A stretch of 64,000 nucleotides of DNA from Lingula anatina (taxonomy: Eukaryota; Animalia; Brachiopoda): assembly GCA_051362555.1 (NCBI GenBank), contig CM120641.1:15624001-15688000 (forward strand). Reading direction: 5' to 3'. Each line of letters starts with the position of its first letter. The first letter of the stretch is position 1. A model generated the notes under the pieces. The model made no database searches, was not told the DNA's origin, and saw nothing but the letters and a program-made list of their open reading frames with translations. Shown one piece after another: positions 1-13,303 of the stretch. A program made the position numbers and the translations under genes.

Positions 1-29
1 ATTGGAAATGTTTGCTGATATCATTTCAG

Positions 30-3000
30 ATTCGCAGGCCATATTTTCATGTGAAGCCATTAGAGAGATCCCAACTCAAGAACTGGAAGGAATACCTTGA
101 CTTTGAGTTGGAACATGGTACACACCAAAGAATAGTGGTGTTATTTGAAAGATGTATAATTGCCTGTGCTCTGTATGAAGAGTTTTGGTTAAAGGTATTA
201 TACAAGCTTTTATATGTATTTGAGTTAAATTAATTAAACAGTTTTAGTTAAACTTTGAATCAATTGTGTCGTTTGTTTTAGGGATAAAAATTCTCTCTGT
301 ATGTGAAAAATGAAGTTCAGAACGATGTTGAATATTGCGTAGGATGTACAAAAGCGGGAGAGGGGGTGTAGGGGTAGTGATGGCTTTTGGAGTGGTCATG
401 ATTTCATCCTTTGTTTGTCATTGTCTAATTTATTTGAAATTTGAAGTAGAAAGGAAAGATTTCCAAGCATGGCTATTGTCATGATTTCAGTATGCTAAAT
501 ACCTGGAAAATCACAGTGTGGAGGCAGCACGGAAGATGTTTAAGAGGGCATGCTGCATTCATTTGCCAAAGAAACCGAGTATTCATTTGACTTGGGCAGC
601 CTTTGAGGAAAGGCATGGTAAGCATTTAGTGAGTTCATGTGCAACATTTTTAATCCAGTTGTTATTGCTGTTAGAAACATATTTTTGGAAAATCATTAAG
701 AGCAACAGTTTGAGATAGAAAACAATAGAAAAAAAATATTTAAATGTTCACAACTATATTTAAATGTGTGCTCTTATACTTAGGTATAGGCAAAAGGGAC
801 ATGTTAGTTCGTGCTACTTGATTTATGAATTTGCTCTCGATTCGATAAGGTTTTACCATATTTCAGGTAATTATGAAAGTGCCCTTGAGATCTTGCGTAA
901 CATAGAGAAGAGAGTCCCAGGACTGGTGATGGTTCCTCTGAGGAGAATTGGTCTAGAACGTCGTCATGGCAACCATCATCAAGTACATGAGTTATATCAG
1001 GCTTATTTAGATACTGCCACATCACCAGAAGAACATTCATTCCTCTCCTTGAAATTCTCTAGACATCTTTTGAAGGTAATGGTCCAGTTACTGGTATATT
1101 TAGTTTGCTGGAAGTTTTATGAGATTTAAGTAGATAAAGGGGTATGCTGGATAAAAAATGTTAGAATGTGTGACCAATTTTACCCTATTTGATTACCTAC
1201 CTTGAAGATTAATTGGCTTCATAGACAACAACATTGTAAGCCAAAAATAATTCTACATTGATTTTTGTTAATTTAAAAGCCTTGTTAAACTTCTGCTTTT
1301 GATAAAGACTATTAGATATAAACTAAGGTTCATTTTCTCATAATGTGCTAGCAGTATACCATTTGAATATTCCAGGTTAATAATGACAGAAAAAAAGCCA
1401 AAGAGGTTCTTTTAAATGCATTAAAAAAGGACCCTGTAAGTGTTAGAATGGTGATGTAAAGAATCCATTTTGTGATTATGAGTTAAGACAGCACAATGAT
1501 AACTTTTTAATGTGAATGGTAACAGAAGTGAAAACTTGAAATGAAGATTTTTAAACATTAAAAGCAGTTCAGTAAGGATACAGTAATACATAAATGCAAA
1601 GTATCAAGGTCTATTTCTTTCTAAGAGAAATATAAGTCACTACTTGTTCCTGTCAATATCCATGCTTTTCGTAAAGATCACTGAGGAACAGATGAGTTCA
1701 AATTCCTATATTTGTGTTTTTAGCTTGCAGTCTGGAGCCAGAAGACTAAAAGTTGTGTTTATATTTCAGAATAACAGCAAGCTTCACCTACAGTTACTAG
1801 ATCTGGAGTACCAAACCAGTCCCCTTGTAGAAGACGGCATACTAGGCATTCTCAACAATGTTTTATCCACTGAAATGACAATAGAAGAAAAACTCAAGTT
1901 CTCTCAGAGAAAGTTAGAATTCCTAGAAGACTTTGGATCTTCCATAGAAAAGTATGTCATTGATAAAGGAATTCACATTACGTAAATTGACTTTTTGTAT
2001 GCTTCTATCATTCTTGACTGTAGCTTGTAGGAATAATGTCTTGGGTCATATTACTGTGACAGTCATTACTTTTATGGTTCACTTTCCTGCCAGCTTTAAG
2101 TTTTATTGAATATGATGATCTGTCTGTAAATGAAAATAATTTTATTTTCAGGCTTGTGGAAGCTTATGATGATCACCAGAAGCTGCTAAAAGATGTTGCC
2201 AATGAAAAAAAGAGAAAAGCATCTGAATCTTTAGGGTAAGAATCTTTTTTCTTTTTTTTTTTTTTTTTTTTTGCACAGTTTTGTCTGTTTTGCATAATTT
2301 TCAGTTTTTTATTATTTGTGCAAGAAGTTCATTCCTAATTAATAATATTTTGTAAAAGAAGTTTGTGTACATACTAATATAATCAGTACATTAATTTATT
2401 AGATAAAGATAACAAACACTAGAATCATTGATGAAATAAATGAAATTAAAAAAAAAAACGATATGTTATGTAGACCAGACTGACATTTGAGATTGTTACT
2501 ATAGTGAGGACCCTAATGCAGAGAAAAAAGCCAGGCAGGACAGTCACAATGGTCACAGTAAAGAGGGTGCTGGAGACACCACAACAGCAGCCATGACAGA
2601 CCATTCCAGTTATTATGCAAACTCCTGGGCTGGATACCATGTATGTACTGACTGGTTGACTGTTTAAACTACATAGAGTCTTTATATTGAAGAGTAGCAG
2701 ACATTTGAAAGATATTCTTTGATGCATATAGTGAATTAATTTTGTCTTTGTTAAAAGCTTTTGTAGTTTTCTGTAGGTTTTAGAAATGGATACTTGTTAA
2801 AAGTTATTTTGACATTAATTTGTACATCAAAACTTAAAACAAGTTGAAAGTGCTTCAGACAAGAAGAGATTCTTATACAGAAAAATAAACATGAAATATA
2901 TTGGAAGAACCTCAGTAAATTTTTTTTTTATGTGAATTGTCTCTTTTTCTTTTGATATGAATACTTGGTGGTATTTATATATTCAAATACATCTCTTTCA

Positions 3001-3058
3001 GCCTGGTTACAACTATGGTGCTTGGAGCTACTCAAATCCCTACTATCCTCAAACATAA
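30..3058 (+). CDS. PRPF39: Pre-mRNA processing factor 39 (HAT-repeat U1 snRNP protein), 5'-partial, 8 coding exons in window
   Basis: Exons 30-194, 491-617, 867-1075, 1376-1435, 1770-1951, 2152-2235, 2505-2640, 3002-3058, all GT-AG and phase-compatible. Translation [79 protein letters not shown] matches remembered PRPF39 motifs. Confidence 0.93.
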
Positions 3059-3855
3059 TGATGACTTTGTAGCAGCAGATGAAACTGTTCCCAGCCATTC
3101 TTTCTCAGGTCACAACTGACTGGATAAAGGATCTTTAAACTGGAATTCATGTCTTGTACAACTTTAACATGATTCATTAGACAAAAAGAGAGGGTGTCCA
3201 TGGTGATTCCTTTTCACTTGCCATAATCAACACATTACCAGCTTGAGATGGACAAAGCCATATTTATTCTACTGAAAAACACCTCTTGGAAGACTGAATA
3301 AAATGTCACTTGTCCTGGCATTAATTAATATTCCTCATATTTTTGAGAATGCTGTAATGAATCTAATCCTGTTTTGACTTACGATGTACATGATGTACAT
3401 CGTGCAGTTAAGATATTATTGTTTCACAAGTAATAAAGAGAATTAATTCTTAATCTTTGGGCTGTCAGTAGGTATGAAAAAAAGAAGAATCCTCATTTCC
3501 TTACTGCACTCAACAATACAGTGTCTTCGGAGAGAAAAAAGTAATATGGCTTCCTTTTTATCTGTAACATAGCATACATACAGGGAAATTGACTATTGAA
3601 AGCAGATCTTTATACAAAAGACTACTGCTGATATACATTTTCAACATCCGAATTGTGCAAGTTCTGTAGTAAATTGTGCAGTTTGTGTAAATATTTGAAA
3701 TAGTTTTCAAATCATTTTTGAAATGCTCAATTGCTGTATTCATATATTTTTGTAATATTGATGCAAATTTATTCCAAGAACCACTGGTGTTGCAATACCT
3801 ATTAACAGATTTATGAGGGAATATCAGAAAATAAATATGCTCCAACAATTAAATG

Positions 3856-6430
3856 TTTTTATGTACAGACACAGATGTGTCTGTACATATTGCCATCACC
3901 TGCGTCTGTCGTCGCCGATGCCGATGCCGATGCCGATGCCGATGCCGATGCCGTCGCTGGCACTTTCCTTGTAAACACGATAAGTGGAAGGCAGTTTTAC
4001 TTTTTGGCTTTATATTTACAGAGCTGATGAATATTCATAAAACGCAGGTCAAGTTCGAAAATCAGCATGATCGGGCCATTATTGTAGAAGTTATGCTGTT
4101 TTTTCACTTTTCAGCATATATGCAACCTTGTAAACACATTTTAAGGAAAACCGTTAGGCCTATTGTCATGAAACTCACAGGAATGGTCAGTCTTACTAAA
4201 ACGCAGGTTGAGTTCGAAAATCAGCATAATCGGGGCATTATTTTAGAAGTTATGCTGTTTTTTCACATTTCTTCAGATTTCCTCAGATTTAATTCTTAGG
4301 CATGTTAATAGCCTTATTATTTAAGTAATAAGATACGTTAAAGTGTTTGTTTGACATTTCCTGCATCTTTACAACATTGTTAGTTGATTATGTAAAAATG
4401 ATGGTAAACTTGTTATCGTGTATTGTGTAATAAAGTGTCAAAAATGGAAATAAACTCATATCATTGCAGTTTGTCAGATTCAATCATTCACTATGTTCAG
4501 AATCTCAGAATGGAAGAAATTGGACATTTAACACTGTTCTATTGATATTTTTCACATCTCATCAATTTTCTTAGTTGATCTTATAAAAATGGCAGTAACC
4601 TATTAATTTTGTTTTATGTTAAAAAAGTGTTAAAAATGGAAATAAACCCATTTCAGAACAGTGCAGTCTTGTTTACATTTTGGCATCTTTAAGTCGTGAC
4701 TTTGAAGTTCCATCGGCCTAAAAACCTTTGTTAGTCACCTTTACTATTTGTCCATGATACTAATATTTTATTATTAAAAATTGATGATCATTATGCTGTT
4801 AAACATTATGTAATATTACATCAAAATTTGAAAAAAACCTATTTTGGGCACTGCTCCCATGATGACCATTTAAGAAAAACCATGTCACTTACTGTTCTCA
4901 AACAGTACAGTTGATATGTACAGATGTGTCTGTACATATTGCCATCACCTGCGTCTGTCATCACCGTCGTTGCTGTCACTGTCGTTGTCGCCGGCACCAT
5001 GCACTTTCATTGTAAACACGATAAGTGGAAGGCAGTTTTACTTTTTGGCTGTATATTTACAGAGCTGATGAATATTCATAAAATGCAGGTCAAGTTCGAA
5101 AATCGGCATGATCGGGCCATTAATGTAGAAGTTATGCTTTTTTTTTCACTTTTCAGCATATATGCAACACTGTAAACACAATATAAGAAAAACAGATAGG
5201 CCAATTGTCATTAAATTCACAGGAGTGGTCATTCCTGCTAAAACGCAGGTTGAGTTCAAAAATCAGCATAATCGGGCCATTATTTTAAAGAAATGCAGTT
5301 TTTTCACATTTCCTCAGATTTAATTCTTAGGCATGTAAACAGTTTCATTATTGAACTAATAAGATACGTAAAAGTGTTTGTTTGGCATTTCCTGCAATTT
5401 CACAACATTATTAGTTGATTATGTAAAAATGATGGTACACTTGTTATCGTGTATTGTGTAATAAAGTTTCAAAAATGGAAATAAACTCATATCATTGCAG
5501 TTTGTCAGATTCAATCATTCACTATGTTCAGAATCTCAGAATGGAAGAAATTGGACATTTAACGCTGCTCTATTGATATTTTTCCCATCTCATCAATTTT
5601 CTTAGTTTATCATATAAAAATGGCAGTAAACGGTTAATTTTGTTTTATGTTAAAAATTGTTAAAAATGGAAAAAAAAACATTTCGGAACAGTGCTGTCTT
5701 GTTTACATTTTGGCACTTTTATAGTTGTGACTTGAAGACCTTTGCTAGTCACATTTTCTGAATATCCATAATACTAATATTTTATTATTAAAGTTGATGG
5801 TCATTATGCTGTTAAACATTATGTAATATTGCATCAAAATTTGAAAAAAAAAAAAACTATTTTGGGCACTGCTCCAATGATGACCATTTAAGAAAAACCA
5901 TGTCATTTACTGTTCTCAAACTTACAGGAAAGAAACATGGGACTAAAATACAGCTTCAGTAGGAAATACAGTCTGTTTGGTAATTCTTACTGCCAGTTAA
6001 ACAGTTATTTTGTGAAAATTTAATTTTTCACATATTGGCATTTTTAAGGTGTGACTTTGAAGTTCCACGGGCTTGAAGACCCATGCTAGTCAAATTTTCT
6101 GAAAATCCATGATACGTATATTTTATTATTAAAATTGACGGTCATTATGCTGTTAACCATTATGTAATATTGCATCAGAATAGAAGAAAACACAATTTTG
6201 GGTGCTGCTGCCATGATGACCATTATGGGAAAACCATGTTACTTATGATTGCCAAACTTTCAAAAAAGAAATACAGGACTAAAATGCAGTCTGAGTTGGA
6301 AAAGCAGTCTAAGTGACTTCTTTTTCTGGAAGTTATACATTTTCAAAGTGTAAACTTGTCACATATTTTAATAACATTGGTATTACCTGTTGAGGATAAT
6401 TAAAATTTGATGTTGAATTTGCAGTTTAAT
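3856..6430 (+). mobile_element. Two head-to-tail copies of a non-autonomous Helentron-associated (HINE/DINE-1-like) element; 3' terminus missing
   Basis: T-run, then hairpin ATGTACAGACAC-AGAT-GTGTCTGTACAT (3861-3888), (GCCGAT)n microsatellite (~3915-3952) and internal tandem sub-repeats. The unit restarts at ~4916 and is homologous to the inverted copy at 23676-25476. Confidence 0.75.
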
Positions 6431-6913
6431 TCCATTATTTGAGATTAAAACTCACTCTCACTGTGAATTAGCGATCATTGGTGAAAATAGTCATAAATGA
6501 CCCAGCATGCTTTGTGAGAGTAAATCGGATTTTGGCATGCCTTTATTTGTTCATATGCTTTTTAAAAATCGCATTAAAATGCCTGATGTCAATTTTCTCA
6601 TTTATTTGTAACATATACTGATTTTATCATTGGCAGACAAAAACCGTGGGTTAACCTACATTTTTCATGTTGTTCTTTATCAATTTGAATGAAGAAATTT
6701 ATCGCAGTGACTGTTTAATGGGACAAATGCAATTGGGTCTACCAGTAGGAGGTCAGGAAAGGTCATTTAAAGCTCATTGCCGCTTATATCCTCCTTAAAT
6801 TACCCAATGTTTCACTTACACAGCCATTGTATATTCTTCGCGTGAACCACAACTTTCGTGTTTATATACATTTGTTTTGTCTAAATAAAATGCGAACCAA
6901 ACAGCCGCTTAAA

Positions 6914-6937
6914 TGCGCCATATGGCGTATCACGTGG
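6914..6937 (+). promoter_or_regulatory. Candidate proximal promoter motifs of ATP5S (palindromic YY1-like site plus E-box)
   Basis: Palindrome CGCCATATGGCG (6916-6927) and CACGTG (6931-6936) lie 35-55 bp upstream of the ATG at 6972 in a locally CpG-rich patch. Confidence 0.35.
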
Positions 6938-6971
6938 TATCTTAGACGGTATTTGTAAGCGACCTTTCAAT

Positions 6972-7651
6972 ATGTCAGCCTCCATGAAGAGGATTTTGTG
7001 CTGCAGTAGAATATCCGTGTTACCGCTGCATAACAGTAAGGTAAGAAACATGTCCAATCAGAATCCCCAAGGCATTGTATACCAATCGTTAAATATCATT
7101 TCTTTTGTGCATCACTGGAATTAGCGCTGGCGTAATTTAAACCGCCACTTGTTACACTGTGTAGTATCCGATTCATCATTTCTGTGACTGTGATATTGTG
7201 TTAGTTAACGTTGAATACCGACGGCGAAAGTACATTTAGCATTTATCTAACGTGCCTGAATGACACGGAAAAGCAACTTAGCCAAGATTTACTTATCTTT
7301 ATTTCTTCACGTTTCACAGACAGGAAACTGTGCCGCAAGTACAAAAGACGCCCTGGGATCAACTCATTCGCCATCTTGTGCTCTTTTTCTACAGCAGCGA
7401 CAGCTGCACAACAAACAATTCTCAGCTGGCACAGCTTCCACACCAGTAGACCGCAGGCGAACTTGCTATCCAGACTTTGAAGTTGGACATCAAAAAAGGC
7501 TATTTTTTTCATGGTTTAGACGGGGGCTAAATGCGTGAGTATATGTGCTTTGAAAATGGTCTACCTAAAATGTGCAACACAGTCCAAAACACTGCAAAAA
7601 ACACAAGAGATATTGCAAAATAAACCAGAGGTTACAGGGTCTCCCAAAATC

Positions 7652-7708
<57 letters not shown>

Positions 7709-8453
7709 CCCAGTGGGGTATTTAGGGGGGGGCAGGGGGGTCTGGTCCCCTCTTAATTGTAATTAGCACCTTCTATTTCTTTAAGATTTTTTGACTTATC
7801 AAAAAGATTCTTATTTATCATATTCAACAGCTGCAGCCATGACAGAGAATGAGCTTGATGAAACATTTCAAATACCCAAAAATGTATTCAAACTTTCAAT
7901 GAAAGACATCATTACTTACAAAACCTTACAATACCCACCTCTCAGTAGTGCTGGGAAATGCAAAAAGTGACTTGAAACATTTTATGCAAACTGTATATAA
8001 AAAATTCAAGCAAATTCCAGATAACCTCCGGAATGAAAACTCCCCAAACTAAAGATAACATAAATATGGAAATTATTTATGTGAAATTCAAATGTTGGAA
8101 GAGCATTGAGGAGCAACGGAGACAAACTGTGGTAAAGGATGTTTCTTAATCAGAAGACTACTCAGACATGTGATGATATCCATATTGATGACAAAATTAA
8201 TTTGTATTTAATCTTAGATGAAATGTTAAGTTATAAATATATTCCACACAATAACCCCATTTGCCATGTTAAATCTAATGTGGAAGAAGACATCAATATT
8301 CCTGACCTCTCCCCTGCAGAGAAAGAAAAATATTTGTATATGTATGGGCAATAATGCAGGCCCGAAAAGAAATCCATTCTTCCCATAAGGTAGCTGTTGA
8401 AAAGAAAGATACTCATACTGAAACACTTAATGCCAACAAAACAAATGTGGAAT

Positions 8454-8492
<39 letters not shown>

Positions 8493-11400
8493 TTGGCAAA
8501 GATGTACATTTACCTAACTCTTATACATGCAGGTACATAAAAATTCATGTTCAAAATTTAAGAAATTTGTGAAATATTTGCCATTTACACTCATTTTTTA
8601 TTGCAAAAGTAATAAATTAACAAACTTTGGAACAGTACAAAAGTAAAGCTATTCAAAATGCATGCAAACAGTATTTTCCCATGCTTAATCAAGGACAAAA
8701 AATGAATAAATTGATATTACATCAAAAGTTCATGTACTTTATAAAATTCTTATCAACCTTTGCTATTCAAGAGCAGGTACATTACTGGAACAACAAAACA
8801 TACTGCCAAAAAAAGCATTTCTTTGAGATCTAAATATATTGTCTTCAATAAAACGGCCAACTACCCACAACCCTCACATAAACAAAAACTTGGACAATGC
8901 AGTTTTGGATAGAAGGACACTGAAGACAACATGATTGTTTGTGATGGAAAATTTTGTCCCAATGGCTGGTACCATTATGCATGTGTGGACTTAATGGAGT
9001 AAACTATTCCCAAAGGAAATTTAGTGGTTTTGTGCAACTTGTCAAAATTCAAGAAAAAGAAAAAGTTCAGGAAACGGAGCCAATATTAAGAAAGGCAAAA
9101 AGTAGGTTCTATGTTTAAGCATGATATGTATGATACGCTAGTGGCTCAATGTTTTCAATGGGCAAAAATTATCAAATTTTCATATACATTGTTTTGTAAA
9201 CAAAAAGATAAAAATATTTCTCTATAGCATTTGTGGTGATTTTGCTGTATAGAACAGAACTGTAGGGGAACCTGCTCTATAATTTCGTTGCTCCAATTGG
9301 ACCAAATCAATAGGAATGCTCTCATTGTAAATTTTTGTACTCCCTTTTTCTTTCATGTATTATGCTTACATTATATATATAAAGAATATACTGTTTCTAT
9401 TGTAGTGGTGAAAATGTATACGTGGATATAACTGTGTTTACAATTATATGACTATGTTAAACACTTAACTACAACAAAAAATTACTGTTACAGTAGTTAG
9501 CAGTAGAAAATCTTTTTAGCAAGCAATCCTTATTTGTTGTCATTCACCACCTTGCTGTACCAGTACATTTCACATAAGGTGGTTAGTCTCCATAACTCCT
9601 TTTAGCCTATAGTGTCTTGTCTACCTCTAGGTCACTGCAAAGGTTAGGTATTACGTATGTAATCTTCTCCTTTTTGCTTGAGGGTTCCAGTGTAAGCCTT
9701 GTTATTACATCTACCAAATAGGTAAAACTTTGTATGTCTTTTTGCAGTTATCGTGAGAGCCAGAGGAAAGTACATGTTCTAGTAGATATGTCATGCACAT
9801 TGTCTTTTCCTAAATCTGATGTATTGTCCGTGATAGCATATCATCTGCATGTTGTCCAAGTCTTGCAATTTGATACAGTTCCTTGTATTTCCTCTTGAAC
9901 TCATAAATAACAATACGTGTTATCCCTTTATTAATATAAACATGTTTACAAGTAGGTACAATGGATCTCAATGCACAATTATAGATAAAATATAACTGTC
10001 CCCATTCAATGTAGGGTACAGTATTAGATTCTATTTTCATTATCTTAGACTGGGGTGGCGCTAGCAATTTTTTTCTTTTTTGTCCAAATGGTTTAAATTT
10101 GACTAAAATCAAATTAACCCGAGTGTTAGCGCTACCCCAGTTAGAAAACTTTCACTTTAAATTGTTTCTCATGCTACATGTACCAGGCCCTTATTACTTT
10201 AGCTCATGATAACCAGTATAGGTAATAACTATATAATAAAAATATGTTTACTATTATTTATTACTTTATAGGTTACACAAAGGAAGAAACAATGGACATA
10301 CACCAGCAGGTGGAAAATAGAACCATAAAATAAATTGTTAAGATACAATTCCCAGATTGGATAATATATGAAATATGTAATATGAAGAACCTGTACATGG
10401 CAAAATATAATAAAATAAACCCATTCTGTGCAGAAAAAGGCATCACCATGAATATGAAAAGAGAATGGACTATACATTCATACCACCAAAACCTGGAAAG
10501 GCAGGATTTTTTAGAAGAAATACCCCCTTGCATCAGTGATACTTAAAAAACTTGACTGGACTCAACCATGCCCTGGCCTTCCGTATGACACATATTCAGA
10601 TTTAATTGCAAAAAGATGAGAAGATGAGAAGATAACGGGGTAAGTCAGGACCACTAACCAATGTTAACAGCAGTGGTGAACAAATCCATGCCAGAAAATG
10701 TCATACTATTTATTTTCCAAAAGATCAGGACATCCATAAGCCTTGCAAATCATTAATGTCATCATAATATAACATCCAGGGAAATCCAATGAACATACTG
10801 ATTTCAAAAACTACTCCCATTGCACAAAATCTGAACTTTCTCATCGGCTGCATTAAAGTTTTTCTATTAAAAATCTAAAATCAAAACTTTCTCATGTACA
10901 AAATGCAAATAAAACATGTGCGGGCACTTAATACAGTAGATGGTAATGACTTGCAAACAACGTTTTCCAAAATATTAAATGATTTCAAGCAAGCACATCT
11001 CATAAAACATTATAAATCCTGCAAATGACAAGCATGCACGTACACAGAATCTTTTCCTACAATAGATGCCACCCTGGAACACATCAGCCAAGCACATATT
11101 ACAATATAAAATCAATCGTATATATCTCACCCATTGAGAAAAAATACATTTGTAAATGGGATCACTGTACACAAACGTATTTGGTGCAAATCAACCATAT
11201 ACTTACTCACATAAAAGAACAGCAGGATGCATTTTTGGAAATTTTACTACAAGTGAAGTATTTTACTGCAAGACTAACAGAAAGCAATCACTACAAAACC
11301 CCAACAAATGAGATGGTATCCTCAAATTCTTCCTGGCAGGCTATCACTCCAAAACAGAATATGAACGAATGGGCAAATCAGGATACATAAGACTACCAAG

Positions 11401-13271
11401 CAGCAGAACACTACAAGATTTTCGGCACTTCAGCATGACAGAATCTTGCATCCTGAAAAAATGGCAAACATGCACTCACAACAACAAAAACTGAATCTTT
11501 CTGCAGTATCCCAAGTGGGTGCACTGCCAATTGATGAGGTGAAAATTAAAGAGGGACTTGTCTGGTCTGCAAATACTAGTGAGCTGGAAGGATTTGTAGA
11601 CTTGAACACAGCAGAAGTTAAAGATCCCTATTATCCAGCCCTCTCATCTTCATCAATGCAACTACTTGGCTCACACATTACACAATTCCTTTTCATATCA
11701 TTATTTACCAAATTTTCATATCCTGTTGGTTACTTTGATGACAGAAACCACCATCCATCATCTTTTCTGAAAGGGGTCTCTGGAAACTTCATCTTCATAG
11801 ATTAAGATATCTTCTGGCCATCTATGATGGCACTTTTGAGAATAGGAGATTCATGAGAATGAATTTGAAAGCAATATATCTCACTGGTAACTTGACACAC
11901 GTGACCATTAATGAATTAACCAATTAACCATTATTTTTTATTTCTGATCCAACCCATCTCGTTAAAAAACTATGCAGCAATGTCTTCTGTAGTGGTACTT
12001 CTGACAGACACGTGCACTTACTAACACATTCTGGAAAAAACAGTTATTTGGGAGCATTTTATGCAAGCATACCAAAGAGACAGAGACAGACCAGTTCAAT
12101 AAACAAAGATAAAATACAGCCGTCCATTCATAAATAATTGCACAAAAATAAACTTCCAATGACAGACACTTGAACCAGAGGTATCGCAAGAAATGCAATA
12201 ACATGACAATGAAGATACAATCAGACACAACAGTTCATTAACATGTCATGTCCCATTTTAACCATCTTCAACTCTACAGAGCCCCTTTCCAGCCCAAATG
12301 ACCCACGACTTGCACAACTGGCAACAGGATGCAAATGAATTAAATGGGAACAATAACGTTGAAACATCATACTATACAAGAGCTGAAATGAAAAGGCGTT
12401 TCATTTCATACCAGACCATGGAAGACATGAAAATTAGCATCACTGGTCTGAAAGACCTAGTTAACTATATCTAAAGTGAAGAATTCCAAAAAGAATATCC
12501 AGATTGCTACATAATACCAAAAAGATTAAGTCAAGATGTTGTTGAAAACTGGTTTTCCTTACAAAGAGGTAGTGGTGGAGGCAACTGCAACATGACAGCT
12601 TATCACTACGGCTGCAACAGTAATTTGCTGCAGTGTACCCTTGCCCGAAAAGAAATCCATTCTTCCCATAAAGAAGCTGTTGAAAAGAAAGATACTCACA
12701 TTGAAACAACACTTAATGCCAACAAAACAAACGTGGAAATTATTTCATTTGAAACATCTACATACCACAGTAATTACCGTATTATTCATTTGTTCATATA
12801 ACGTTTTTCTTTCTCATTCATATCATTATCTTAATTAATGTAAACAATTTTTTCGAGGCTTACATGTCCCTGTGATTAAGATAAATTATATTTTCATGGT
12901 GATATGAAATTCTCTCATGATATACATCCTAAATAAGATGATCACACAAATCAACTGGATTCAAATTTGATTTTAAGTATCTTTTTGTATCTATTTTTAT
13001 ATTATGGCAGAGCAGGTACCAGACTATTTTGCTGGTGATGATTTACCCACTGTTTTTCATCTACACTTGTAATTATAAAGTCAAGTTGAATATGTTCACA
13101 AGGGATGTCAAGTCATGGTTCTTATATGACTACTTCCATCGAGAATAATTGCAAAGAGGACTGGGTGTCACTGATGCTGGCTGTTATTCTTCAAAAAAGC
13201 ATTATACCTTCCAGTCAAAGAATGTTTGTCCATTTCCTTTGATCATTGATGGCTTTCACATGCTAAGTATA

Positions 13272-13303
<32 letters not shown>

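Noticed and set aside
1436-2151. Intronic C/D snoRNA in PRPF39, expected by analogy with vertebrates
   Set aside because: TGATGA-like words occur but with no matching D box and terminal stem.
3853-4299. 148 aa ORF with an RCRCRC run, and similar ORFs at 4924-5175 and 25229-25501
   Set aside because: Chance translation of the HINE hairpin and (GCCGAT)n microsatellite; the frame breaks between copies.
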